A stretch of DNA of 64,000 bases from Octopus bimaculoides. Its lineage: Eukaryota. The position numbers and the translations under genes are program-made. Location of the stretch: assembly GCF_001194135.2 (NCBI RefSeq), contig NC_068983.1, positions 53,342,280 to 53,406,279 of the forward strand, in the 5' to 3' direction. Shown piece after piece: positions 53,068 through 64,000 of this stretch; position 1 is the first letter of the stretch, and the number at the start of each line of letters is the position of its first letter. The notes under the pieces were generated by a model. It had not been told where the DNA came from and searched no databases. It saw only the letters and a program-made list of their open reading frames with translations.

Positions 53068-55234
53068 TATTTCAATAATTCGCCATCAACGGCGTTACAT
53101 AGAGTAGCAAGAAGCTAGGGCTGGACAAAGACATTAATGAAATATGGTAGGATGACAAAGATGAAAAATGAGAGGGGCGTCAGCGCCCTCCGACTGGCAA
53201 CCCCTCAAAAACATTGTTTCAATACAATTACATATTATTACAAAATTTTTACAAAATCAGTCATACAATTAAATTCATTAATGCAACTAATCCCCCCCAC
53301 CGCAAGACTCAAGTAGGTGCGCTGCCCCTGACAAACAACGTTCCATCTTCAGACTGGAGCTCACGGTATACCTGGAAAAATCCCTTCTGTCACACTTTTT
53401 TATGACTCTATTCAACGTATTTTCTGTTGAAGCCGTATTTTCTGTGGAGGTCATAAGGAACTATTCGCACACGCCGAGTAGCTCCTTTCTTGGCCACACT
53501 CGTGGTCCAAGAACCTATCAACATTCCCTCCCTTGTGGTGCAGGATAATATAAACATCCTCCTCCCTACAGAAGGAGACCTCTGTCAGCGGCACAATTCC
53601 CGCTGACAGAGACTCCCTCTCTGGTAGCACATTTCCCACCGGAGAGACTTTGGCTTCGGTCGGCACCTCCGCCAACCATTTCCCGTTCTTTTTTCTCTTT
53701 TTTATTTTCTTCTTTGTTTCTCCTGCAGGAGTTGGAACCTCCATCGGAGCCCCCAAGGTGCCCTCCTCTTCTCCCGCAGCCTTTACTGGTGAGCAACTGT
53801 TGCTGCTCACCTTTCTTTTTCGTTTCGTGGAGGCTTCCACCTCCACAACTTTCTTTGTCTCCCCCTCCGGTAGGGGGGGGGGCAACGGTTGCATTATTTT
53901 TTCCCTGCTCCGTAGCCTTATCTCGGCCCCGAGGACAGTTTTTCCTTATGTGGCCAGGCTCCAGACATAGGTGACATTTAGAAGGGCGTCCCTCCAGAAT
54001 CGCCGGGTACCTGAACCTAGCCAGTTTCAGGAAATCAGGGAAAATCATTTCTGCTGCGGCTACTGGGGCCAACAGTAGTTCACCGCAACAGTCAAGTTTA
54101 CACTTAAGAGCCTGGGCCCACTATCCCCCAAGCCCTGCCGGATGGCATCAGCAATCTATCCGGCCTTGGTAACTGGGGGGAAGTCCACATACCCAGGCTC
54201 TAACAACTTTTTTCCCGCAGTAAGAGGGGAGGAACAAAATTTCCTCCCCCTGCAGGGGCTGGCTGGCTACAATAGCAGCCTCTTCAAGGGAGTCAAACAG
54301 CAACCACACCGTTGCATATTTGACTCCCCTGGTTATGAAGTACCTTCTACTTTGCAAACAGCCTGCAAGTTTCTGCTGTATTTTTTCTCTTTTGAAGAGG
54401 GCAATGGCATTGCGTGACCTACAATAGGTCCGCAAGACCACTGTCCTCTTTTCCGTTTCTTCCGACCACCGCCTGGGTGGGGCAACCTTCTACTCCAAGA
54501 CGGTGGCTTCATTATTGTTACTTTTTTTCTCCATGTTTGTTTATAACAGTTCACAAATGAAAGTTGAGTAAAAGTTCAATAAGAAGAACGAAAACGAAAA
54601 AAGAAGAAAAAACAAAAATACACGGTACCAAATAAAAGATAGATTGAAGACAGAGGGAAAAAAAGACAGTTCAAACACGGGAACACAGGTAATCCGGGTT
54701 CTTCCAGAGGTACTCCAAAGCCTCCTCGGAAAAATTTCTTCACTGCTGTGGTGAAACGAAACCACAGACAGCAAGCACACAATTCGCTCACAAATGCGAG
54801 CACAAAGTTCTTCGGCAAAAAATGCCAAACAATAATTTTTACTGTTGAGGAGGAGCGGATACGCCCACCACAAATAGTAAGCACACAAATCGTTCGCAAT
54901 GCGAACGCAAAGTCTTTTTGGTCAAAATAAGGCGAAGCAATAAATTTTCACTGCTGTGGAGCGGATACACCCACCACAAACAGCTAACACACAATTTGTT
55001 CTTATCGAACAACCACAAGAAACCCGCCAAGGCAAGCGAAAACGTCGCCAAAGTGAACAACAACCTGCTGAAAAAGAATTTTAAAATACAAATTATTGCT
55101 CAGCTGAGCAACAAAACCGACTGACCTTGGCGAGTTCTTCAAATGTTCTTTATTTTCATTAATTGGACGGAGCACAGCTGGCCCACATCCACCTCTGTTC
55201 ACGGGAGAAACTAACACACAAGACCGGAAGTCAA
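53068..55234 (-). mobile_element. ORF1-only non-LTR element (HAL1-like, L1/Tx1-type) with a 16-bp TSD
   Basis: Exact direct repeat gggaagcaagcttctt at 53052-53067 and 55235-55250. GC-richer than the flanks; contains a gag-like ORF with a CCHC knuckle and no recognisable EN or RT. Confidence 0.75.
53451..54534 (-). pseudogene. Disrupted ORF1p (gag-like RNA-binding protein)
   Basis: ATG at 54534: MEKKSNNNEATVLE*KVAPPRRW...VVLRTYCRSRNAIALFKREK...VWLLFDSLEEA; frameshifts lead to ...LEGRPSKCHLCLEPGHIRKNCP (CX2CX4HX4C) and a K/E-rich tail. One early stop and at least 3 frameshifts; the C-terminus may extend to about 53290. Confidence 0.7.
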
Positions 55235-55289
55235 GGGAAGCAAGCTTCTTACCACACAGCTACGCCTGTGCCCCCCTCTCTCTCTATCT

Positions 55290-57560
55290 ATCTATCTATA
55301 TATATAATAACGAAAAATAGTACGAATAGAACTTTAGAAATATATAAGAAGAAAATATACGGTTTCTTTAAAAGAAATGGGCTTAGGATTGCAATTCATA
55401 ACGAATATAGCAATGTCAACTACTTAGATGTAAATTTCAATTTAATAACAGGTCTAACCCAACCTTACCATAAAATTAACGAAAACCTGAAATATATTAA
55501 CGCTAAGAGTAACCATCCTCCTTCTATTAAGAAAGCGTCAGTAAATAATATAGGGAAAAGAATTTCAGTACTTTCTTCCAACTATGAGATATTCAATAAA
55601 CATGCACCATATTATAATGAAGCGCTTCAGAAGGCGGGATATAATCATGATATTAAATTTTTCAACAATTCTAAATATAATTATAATTTAAAAGATAACT
55701 TAAATGATGAATACACCTTCTATTATAATAATAAACACAGTATTCAGAATTACCTAAAGCCAGAGTTAGGTAGTAATATGAACAAAAAAACTCATAGTAA
55801 TAATAATAAGAAGAATAAAATATGGCTAATAATTCCCTATCAGATACAGGTAAAAACTAACATTATTAAAGATATTATAAATATAATTAAGACATTTATT
55901 TAAGACGACAAGAAATATAAGGACACATTTTCTAGCAATAATTTTGGAGTTGGTTACTCTACCATTAATAATAATGGCAATATCATTTCATCCTTTAATA
56001 AATTTAGATTAAATAAGTTTTACAATAATAAATTAATACCTACATTGGAGTCCAAAATATATTTGATTGTAATTGTAGAGATAAGACTAAATGTAAATTT
56101 AATAATAGATGTAACGTTGAGGATGTAGTATATAAATGTATAGTGATTTTGAAGAATAATAACTGTAGTAATAATGATAACATAAATACTACTTACTTTG
56201 GATCGACTTCCAATAAAATTAAATCCCGGCTGGCCCAACATATGAATTCTTTTAAGAACAGAAATTTAATGAACTCTACGGGCCTTAGTAAATACATTTG
56301 GGAACTTAAATCAAAAAGAATAGAATACGAGTTAAAATAGGAAATAGTTTGCAAGGCTAAATCATATAGGATATGAAATAAATTCTGCTTATTATGTACT
56401 AACGAATTTAAAGAGATATTATTAACTAATAAAAAATCGATTAAGTCCCACGATGAACGTAATATTAAATGCAGACATAAAGTAAATTACTTACATAATA
56501 AGTTTAGATAACTAATTTATTTATTTAAACCTAGTATTAGGTACCAACTTATAGTTATGATCAGTATTGTAAAATGCATCAAATTAGCTTTGGAATACAC
56601 GTTAATCATCACAATATTATACAAAATTGGAACATATACCTTTACTTTAAGTATTCAACGATAATATGAGCAGTCTTTTACAATGTTTCATAACGTTATT
56701 TAAGTAATATATAACTTTCGTATTTGGTATAGTTATTATTCTGCGTAAATCTGAGAGTTTTAAGTATTTTAGTATTATTAATCTTCATTAAACTTTTTAT
56801 TTTAGGTTGATTTTTTTTCCATATTTTCGTTACTATTTTAGTAATTATAACACGTAATTACATCTGGTAATGGACGCCATGTTTATCACGTGACTTTTCA
56901 GTATTAATTTTCATAGTATTATTTACGTAGTATAGAATTTTCGTATGGATATAGTTATTACTCTACGTTAATGTGCAAGTTTAAGTATTTTAGTATTTTT
57001 AATCCTCAGGAAACGTTTTATTTTAGGTAAATTTTCTTTTTCTTTTTAGGTAGATTTTCTTTTTAGGTAGATTTTCTATAACACATCCATTTTGTTTTAT
57101 TCTACAGTTACCAGCTGGCAGATAAGTCATGTTTTCTTATTTTAATTTTATAAGCAATATTGACATCCGTCTTTTAGTAACTTTGTACACTAACACATTT
57201 TTTAAAAATTATCTACTTATTCCATAATGTTTTAACCTTGTTTACTATAATACTATAATATTTTTAGATTGTAACTCTTACTAATTATATTAAAACTGTT
57301 ATGTAGGGATTAGTTTACAGATTTTGTCGCTTTATATATATTTTTATTTCTCATGTTTATGTTTATTCCTTGGATGATTTTAGGTATTTTCTTATGGATT
57401 TGACCTGAAGAATGACTGATTTTGGGAGTAAAATCATTTCCCCGTTCTAATGAACTCGGATAGAATTTGCTTACAATTTTGTATAGTCCTATTTCAGCTA
57501 TGAAACACGCGTAGTCTATGTACTAGCACTAACTTTTTACATTTATATTTCCATACTGTA
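55290..57560 (+). mobile_element. Penelope-like element, 5'-truncated (RT thumb, linker, GIY-YIG endonuclease, 3' pLTR region)
   Basis: VNYLDVNFNL...PYHK...YINAKSNHPPSI; CNCRDKTKCKFNNRCNVEDVVY; YFGSTSNKIKSRLAQHMNSF; CLLC...CRH; stop at 56509-56511. Nonsense codons at 55901-55903, 56338 and 56374. A degenerate ~220-bp-spaced duplication lies at 56690-57050. Confidence 0.9.
57402..57516 (+). ncRNA. Type I hammerhead ribozyme motif with an enlarged stem II domain
   Basis: GAC-CTGAAGA-ATGACTGA...(74 nt)...TCAGCTAT-GAAAC-ACGC-GTA-GTC: stem I GAC/GTC, intact core, stem II 7 of 8 pairs including one G:U. Located in the 3' region of the Penelope-like element. Confidence 0.65.
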
Positions 57561-60500
57561 TATTATCGTATTAATTTTTACTGTCCAGTTTATAAATTTG
57601 ACTTTTAAATTTTTTAGATTAATATTTCTATGATTTATTTATAAGATTTATATGATTTATTTATGTAATACGTTATCTAATTTAAATTTTTAGATTAAAA
57701 TATTAGATATATTAAGATGGTATATGCCTCACTGCATGGATTTGGGTGGGTTCTGAGTTGTAGGGTAGTGGTTCGTCTCTAAGTTAGTTATATACATATA
57801 TGCTATATATTACGAAACTTATTTTATTGACCTGCAAAACATGAAAACAAAGTCCGCCCCAGTAGCATTTGAACCAGCAACATAAAGTCAGAAGAAATGC
57901 TAACAATCCTACCAGCTTACTGTCTTAATAACAATAATAATAATAAGGTGAAGGCATGGCTATGTAATTAAAAAGTTCAGTTTACAACCATGTGGCTTCA
58001 TATTCCACTCCACTGTACAGTCACCTTGGGCAAATGTCTTGTACTACCACCCCAATCCAATCATCCAATCAGTGTTTTGTAAAGGTATTTGGTAGATAAA
58101 AACTCAAAGACTGTCATATATATATATATATCATCATTTTCATTTAAGCCCCATGCAGGCATAGGTTGGATAATTTGACCGGATCCAGTGAGCCTAAGGA
58201 CTGCATCGTGCTCCAACGGGCCTAAGGACTGCATTGTACTCCACTGTTTGCTATGGCTGGATGGTTTGTATGGCTGGTACCCTTTCTAATGCCAACCACT
58301 TTATGATGCCTATTGAGTGCTCTTTTCATGTAGCAGTATTAGTGAGGTCATCAGGCAACCTGCAAGACTACAAACACCTCAAGTGGGTGTCAGCAAATTT
58401 ATGCTAGGAGAATGAAGAGAGGGGTAAAGCTTGAAAGAAAAAGGCCAGAGCAGAACAGGTTTCTTCCTGTAGAGAAGTTATATGACTATTCATATTTTAG
58501 GAGAGTGATTTGGGCGATCAGGTGGATTAGATAGGATAAAGCTACTTCTTTAGTTATATAGACTTTTAGGGATGGTTTCCTGGTTTCTGTGACATATATA
58601 TTCCCCCTGGATGGAATACTGGTCCATTGCAAGATTACACCTTTGCGCCAGCTGAGTGGAATGGAGCAACAGGAAATGAAGTATTTTGTTCTTAAGAACA
58701 TTCCCCAGTTCATTAATTGAAACCATGTTCTTACAATTGTGATTCCAACAACCTAACCATTAAGCCATGTGCCCCTACGATCAGGTGGAGCTTGAAGGCA
58801 ACAACAAAAGGATAGTGAGATAGTGATGAAGTGGCAGGGTGGCATTTGAAAGTACAAGATGGGTAGGAATAAGGGGGCAGAGGTATATGGAGTGAGTGAG
58901 GTAGTAGGATATGTCTGATAGTTTAGAGCATGTGTGTGTGTGTGTAAGTGTGAATGTTTACTATCTGTATTGAATCACAACTAGTGATGTCACTGGTTCT
59001 GCACTTTAAAATTGCTCTTTATTTATAAAATCTATTTTATCAACCCCAAGATTTTGAAAGGCAAAGTCAACCTCAGTATGTAAAACTGGAAGAAATGCTG
59101 CTAAGCATTTTGTCAATAATTTTCAGGGGAGGGGTTTTGTTGATTCCATTGACCCCAGTTCCTGACTAGTGTTTTATTTTGTCAACCCCAAATGGATGAA
59201 AAGCATAGGTGACCTCAGCAGGATTTGAATGCAGAATATAAAAAAGCTGTGAGGCATGCCACAAGACATTTCTGCTGTTCTAACAAATCTGCTGATCCAG
59301 CCATGATCCATAATACTTATGACAGCAACAACGAGGAAGAGGTGGAGGAGGAGGAGGGGAATAATGATTCCTCTTGTTAGCACCAAGTTACAAATTTTGG
59401 GTGAAAGCTGTAGACATTGAATCAGTTCCACTGCAAGTTGATTTTGTTCTTGACTTTGGATGGAAAGATGAAAAGCATGTTGAACCTTGATAGAATTTGA
59501 ATTTTGAAGAAAGAAAACTGAAATGAAATGCTCATCATCCTTAAATGGTATTGTCACGATGCCAATTGTCGTTCCCCTTCAGTCAATAATGTTAATTACC
59601 ATTTGATGAATTCTGTATGTTATGAGATGTAACTTAATTTGATTCTTTACCATTTCTGCCATTCCACTGTTATGATGATGACTCCAACAATTTTGAAGGA
59701 GAATCATTTTGTTTGTTGCCATTGTGTTGTTGCTGTTATGGTGTATTCATATATAGGGTTCATATCATTGGATTATATCATTAATAATGTGTTGTAACAC
59801 TTAATCATTATTTTTATTATATATGATCCGAATATGCTTGTGAAACTCTTAAGAACTCTTTCAGTCAGGAGAGCGGTTATATTATGGGGTTGCTGACAAA
59901 AAAGAGAGTGAGAAAGAGAGGAATGTTTCATGGACAGAGGAGGTGGCAATATTCTGTGTAAAGAGGACTAAGGAATGCTAGAGATATATAATCACATGCA
60001 TGCACACATGCTCCTACACACACAAGGACATTGGATACACTTAAGAACTATAATAGTTTATTGTTAAAGTGGTGGGTTTAAAGATAGGGTTATCGATTAA
60101 TGTAGTTGTTGTGATGGTGATATAGAAGTGAGAGCATGGAATGAAGATTTCCCTTATTGAACTAAACTGTTTATTCTTAAATCTGCAATCATTTAACTTG
60201 TGTGCCTTAGGGCATGTAATTGTCATCTGTTGGATAATGAAAGCTGAACTTGTAAATTTTTTTTGATTCTATAAAATATGCACAGCAATATATGACATGA
60301 GCTAAGAAGCGAAAGAACCAGAAAATATAGGGAATCGGTAAGACAAGGGCAGAAGGATGAATACCAGAACAAGCATGGAGAGCAACAGTGGAGAAGAGAA
60401 AATGGGAACCAAAGAGAATGCAGTACATATTTATACTGTATGGGAGAAAGAGTTCATGAAAACTAATTAATTGTTATATCTTAGCTGTCAATAACTGTAG

Positions 60501-61540
60501 AATCTCCACAGGTCCAACTAATTATTATTAATAGTTGCAATAATGATTTTTTTTACATCGACTGCAAGAACTGAAGACATTGAGAACAATAGAAAGGTGA
60601 AACACAACAACTTACAAGAAATAGTAGAGGAATCTACATTCAATAAAAGAAAGATCTGCAATAACAGTAAAGACACATTAACTCATAAATTCTTGTAGGG
60701 TTTTTGCTATATAAATGAACCAGTCCTATTAGAATCTAGAGATTTTGATGAAATACACCTAATCCAGTATAAAAAATCATGAAAATATAACTATTGCATA
60801 AATTTAGATGAAACATGGTGATAGCTTGTGGTGACTGTTGGTATATATTGTGAATGGGGTTTTTATCTTTGACTGATTTTTACCAGTTTTCATGACACTG
60901 TCACCTGCCCAGGTAGGTTGAATACAGATAGACGGACTACATGTGCTTGGATATCAATATCCTGTTTCAGAGCTGAATTTGTGATTCAATAATCTCTCTG
61001 TATTGGAAGATGTGCATCAGAAAAAAAGCATTTTAAATGCTTTCATCTTTTCCATTGATGTAATGAAGGTGGTACTGCCTGTTGAGGTACATGCCTTATG
61101 GTGTTATTGCTCACCCTAACAAAATATTTCTTCAGGAAAAACTTGTAGAATATACTCAACAAGCTTTGCTTCTAAGTTTAAAGGTTTTGTTAAGCTCACA
61201 TCACTAATAAAAGCAACAATACAATGATTAACTACATGATCACCCAACTGCTATTCAGAATTGATAAATCCTGATATTTAAATTCCTCACTGAACTATCA
61301 CTGATTATTTTCTCCCATTCCAAACTTTATTTCTCTAATTAGATCACTAATAAATAATAACCATTCATTGATAAATAATATCACTAAATCCTAACCCACT
61401 GTTTAAGGTATTATCCTTCATGTGCCTCAAAAACTGAAGAAAGAGAAACATCAGACGCTTTCTCAATAAACAAGAAAAAATAAATGTGCAGGATACAAAG
61501 GGAAAGTCTTTTGGCAAGAAAAATCAGGTGAAAAACACAG

Positions 61541-61920
61541 GTGTTGCTGTGTGGTAAGAAGCTTGCTTCTCAACCACATAGTTCCGGGTTTAGTCCCACT
61601 GCATGGCACCTTAGGCAAGTGTCTTCAACTATAACCTTGGGCCAACCAAAGCCTTGTGAGTGGTCTGGCAGATGGAAACTGAAAGAAGCCCATCATTGTG
61701 TGTGTGTGTGTATGTATATATTTGTGTGTCTGTATTTGTCACCCCGCCAACGCTTGACAACCGATGTTGGTGTGTTTACATCCCTGTAATTTAGCAGTTT
61801 GACAAAAGATCCTGATGGAATAAGTACTAGGCTTACAAAGAATAAGTTCTGGGGTCGATTTGTTTCGACTAAAGGCAGTGCTCCAGGATGGCTGCAGTTG
61901 AATGACAAACAAGTAAAAGA
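61541..61920 (+). mobile_element. tRNA-derived SINE, near full length
   Basis: gttgctgtgtggtaagaagcttgcttctcaaccacatagttccgggtttagtcccactgc...gacaaacaagtaaaagaaaa. Confidence 0.85.
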
Positions 61921-62393
61921 AAAAGAAAAGAATTAAAGTTTCTTCATGGCTGGAAGACTGCTTGTTTCCTATTTCTTGGTTCCAAAAAACAATATTATTT
62001 GAATTGTGGTTACACAAGTTCAAGAGTTGGTAATCGTTGCATTTACTTGCAGAACAGAACTTTAAGAGTTAATAAATGGTTAACAATACATATCAATAAC
62101 AGTATAGAACAATAAAACAACAACAACAACAACAACAAAGAATAATACTAATAAAGTGAGCTGTCCAATGTCATCAAAGATAGGAATGAGATTAAATGTC
62201 TTCACGTAGACATCTCGCAAAAGTCTGACCACATGACTTAACTGTTAGTTAGAAAAAAGCCATTAGTTAGAAAATTTATTGAAAAACCAATGATACAGAA
62301 GAAAGTGTATGTGAATTGCAACCAAATGCTGAATTAACTGGCCAATTATGAACACCAGGCATTGACAATCAAAATAACTAACCTCTCTTTCTA

Positions 62394-62426
<33 letters not shown>

Positions 62427-63127
62427 NNNNNNNNNNNNNNNNNNNNNNNNNNNNNNNNNNNNNNNNNNNNNNNNNNNNNNNNNNNNNNNNNNNNNNNNNN
62501 NNNNNNNNNNNNNNNNNNNNNNNNNNNNNNNNNNNNNNNNNNNNNNNNNNNNNNNNNNNNNNNNNNNNNNNNNNNNNNNNNNNNNNNNNNNNNNNNNNNN
62601 NNNNNNNNNNNNNNNNNNNNNNNNNNNNNNNNNNNNNNNNNNNNNNNNNNNNNNNNNNNNNNNNNNNNNNNNNNNNNNNNNNNNNNNNNNNNNNNNNNNN
62701 NNNNNNNNNNNNNNNNNNNNNNNNNNNNNNNNNNNNNNNNNNNNNNNNNNNNNNNNNNNNNNNNNNNNNNNNNNNNNNNNNNNNNNNNNNNNNNNNNNNN
62801 NNNNNNNNNNNNNNNNNNNNNNNNNNNNNNNNNNNNNNNNNNNNNNNNNNNNNNNNNNNNNNNNNNNNNNNNNNNNNNNNNNNNNNNNNNNNNNNNNNNN
62901 NNNNNNNNNNNNNNNNNNNNNNNNNNNNNNNNNNNNNNNNNNNNNNNNNNNNNNNNNNNNNNNNNNNNNNNNNNNNNNNNNNNNNNNNNNNNNNNNNNNN
63001 NNNNNNNNNNNNNNNNNNNNNNNNNNNNNNNNNNNNNNNNNNNNNNNNNNNNNNNNNNNNNNNNNNNNNNNNNNNNNNNNNNNNNNNNNNNNNNNNNNNN
63101 NNNNNNNNNNNNNNNNNNNNNNNNNNN

Positions 63128-63252
63128 ACCAACCACATCGTTCCAAGTTCATTCACAGTGCATGGCACCTAGGGCAAGTGTCTTCTACTATAGCCTCGGG
63201 CCGACTAAAGCTTTATGAGTGGATTTTGGTAGACAGAAACTGAAAGAAGTTG

Positions 63253-63283
<31 letters not shown>

Positions 63284-63510
63284 GTATGTATATATGTGTG
63301 TGTGTTTGCGTGTCTGTGTTTGTCCCCACTCCATTGCTTGACAACCGATGTCAGTGTGTTTGTGTCCCTGTAACTTAGCGGTTTGGCAAAAGACACCGGT
63401 AGAATAAGTACTAGGCTTACAAAGAATAAGTCCTAGGGTCGATTCATTCAACTATATATGTGGTGCTCCAGCATGGCCACAGTCAAATGACTAAAACAAA
63501 TAAAAGAATA
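63128..63510 (+). mobile_element. tRNA-derived SINE (5' end in the gap)
   Basis: ccaaccacat...cacctagggcaagtgtcttctactatagcctcgggccg...gactaaaacaaataaaagaat. Confidence 0.8.
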
Positions 63511-63546
63511 TAAAAAATATATATATATATATATATAAATATATTT

Positions 63547-63587
<41 letters not shown>

Positions 63588-63689
63588 TATATACATATAT
63601 ATATAATCATAGCATTGGGATACACATATATACCAACCAGAAACCTTGCTTCAAATCAGTTGCAGTGGAAGTGCATCAGTGACTTGTTT

Positions 63690-63835
63690 GCAGTTCTTGC
63701 CCAAGAAACTCAATGGCTAAATGGTTTTTCGTCCTCACACATTGAAAGGAGAGCACTCCTTAAGACATCCAGAGACTCAGTAAGAATAACTGCATTATCA
63801 ACAAAATTCAGGTCAGTAATCGTAGTTTCGCCAGT
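63690..63835 (-). mobile_element. RTE-type reverse transcriptase remnant
   Basis: Minus strand LTGETTITDLNFVDNAVILTESLDVLRSALLSMCEDEKPF, a decayed version of the DLDFADD catalytic region. Confidence 0.6.
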
Positions 63836-64000
63836 GAGTGCATCACAATTTGATTAAGCCACCATTTAGCCAAGAATCTAATCCATACAGACTAGCATGG
63901 ATGAGAGTCACAACACAACCCTGACAGCCCACAGATCTTACTGGAAAATATGGAAGCAATAAAAAAGAAAAATGATAGAAACAACATTAATGCTTACACC

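Noticed and set aside
55163-55903. 246-aa ORF as a standalone gene
   Set aside because: Chimeric: the N-terminus reads through the antisense ORF1-only element end, a SINE head and a microsatellite; only the part from about 55290 is Penelope RT.
56374-56376. In-frame TGA as possible selenocysteine (reported for some Naiad PLEs)
   Set aside because: It falls at a non-Cys position, the conserved cysteines are TGT/TGC, and the copy has other stops (TAA, TAG), so it is ordinary decay.
60900-61250. Possible Gypsy RT remnant (RYMPYGV)
   Set aside because: A single weak motif with no supporting YxDD context; not supportable without an alignment.

Overview
AT-rich animal genomic DNA from a gapped draft assembly. 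The repeat families suggest an octopus (inference from recalled SINE and RTE consensus motifs). Only one host gene fragment is supportable: two spliced + strand exons (5989-6260, 7065-7598) encoding about 268 aa of an extracellular receptor. It reads as a class II periplasmic-binding (OpuAC/betaine-like) domain fused directly to the start of a GABA-B-like Venus flytrap; candidates are a Venus kinase receptor, receptor guanylate cyclase or class C GPCR. No further exon was recognised in the remaining ~56 kb. That stretch holds many 5'-truncated RTE LINE tails, tRNA-derived SINEs, two decayed Gypsy LTR elements, HERO-like and R4/Dong-like LINE fragments, a Penelope-like element, MITE/HINE-like elements and microsatellites. 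The most notable repeat-level observations are (i) a 2.17-kb ORF1-only (HAL1-like, L1/Tx1-type) element with an exact 16-bp TSD, inserted between the A and B boxes of a SINE, and (ii) two type I hammerhead ribozyme motifs, one with a greatly enlarged stem II. No CRISPR, rRNA or bona fide tRNA genes were seen. All calls are from manual reading and translation; repeat boundaries are approximate.
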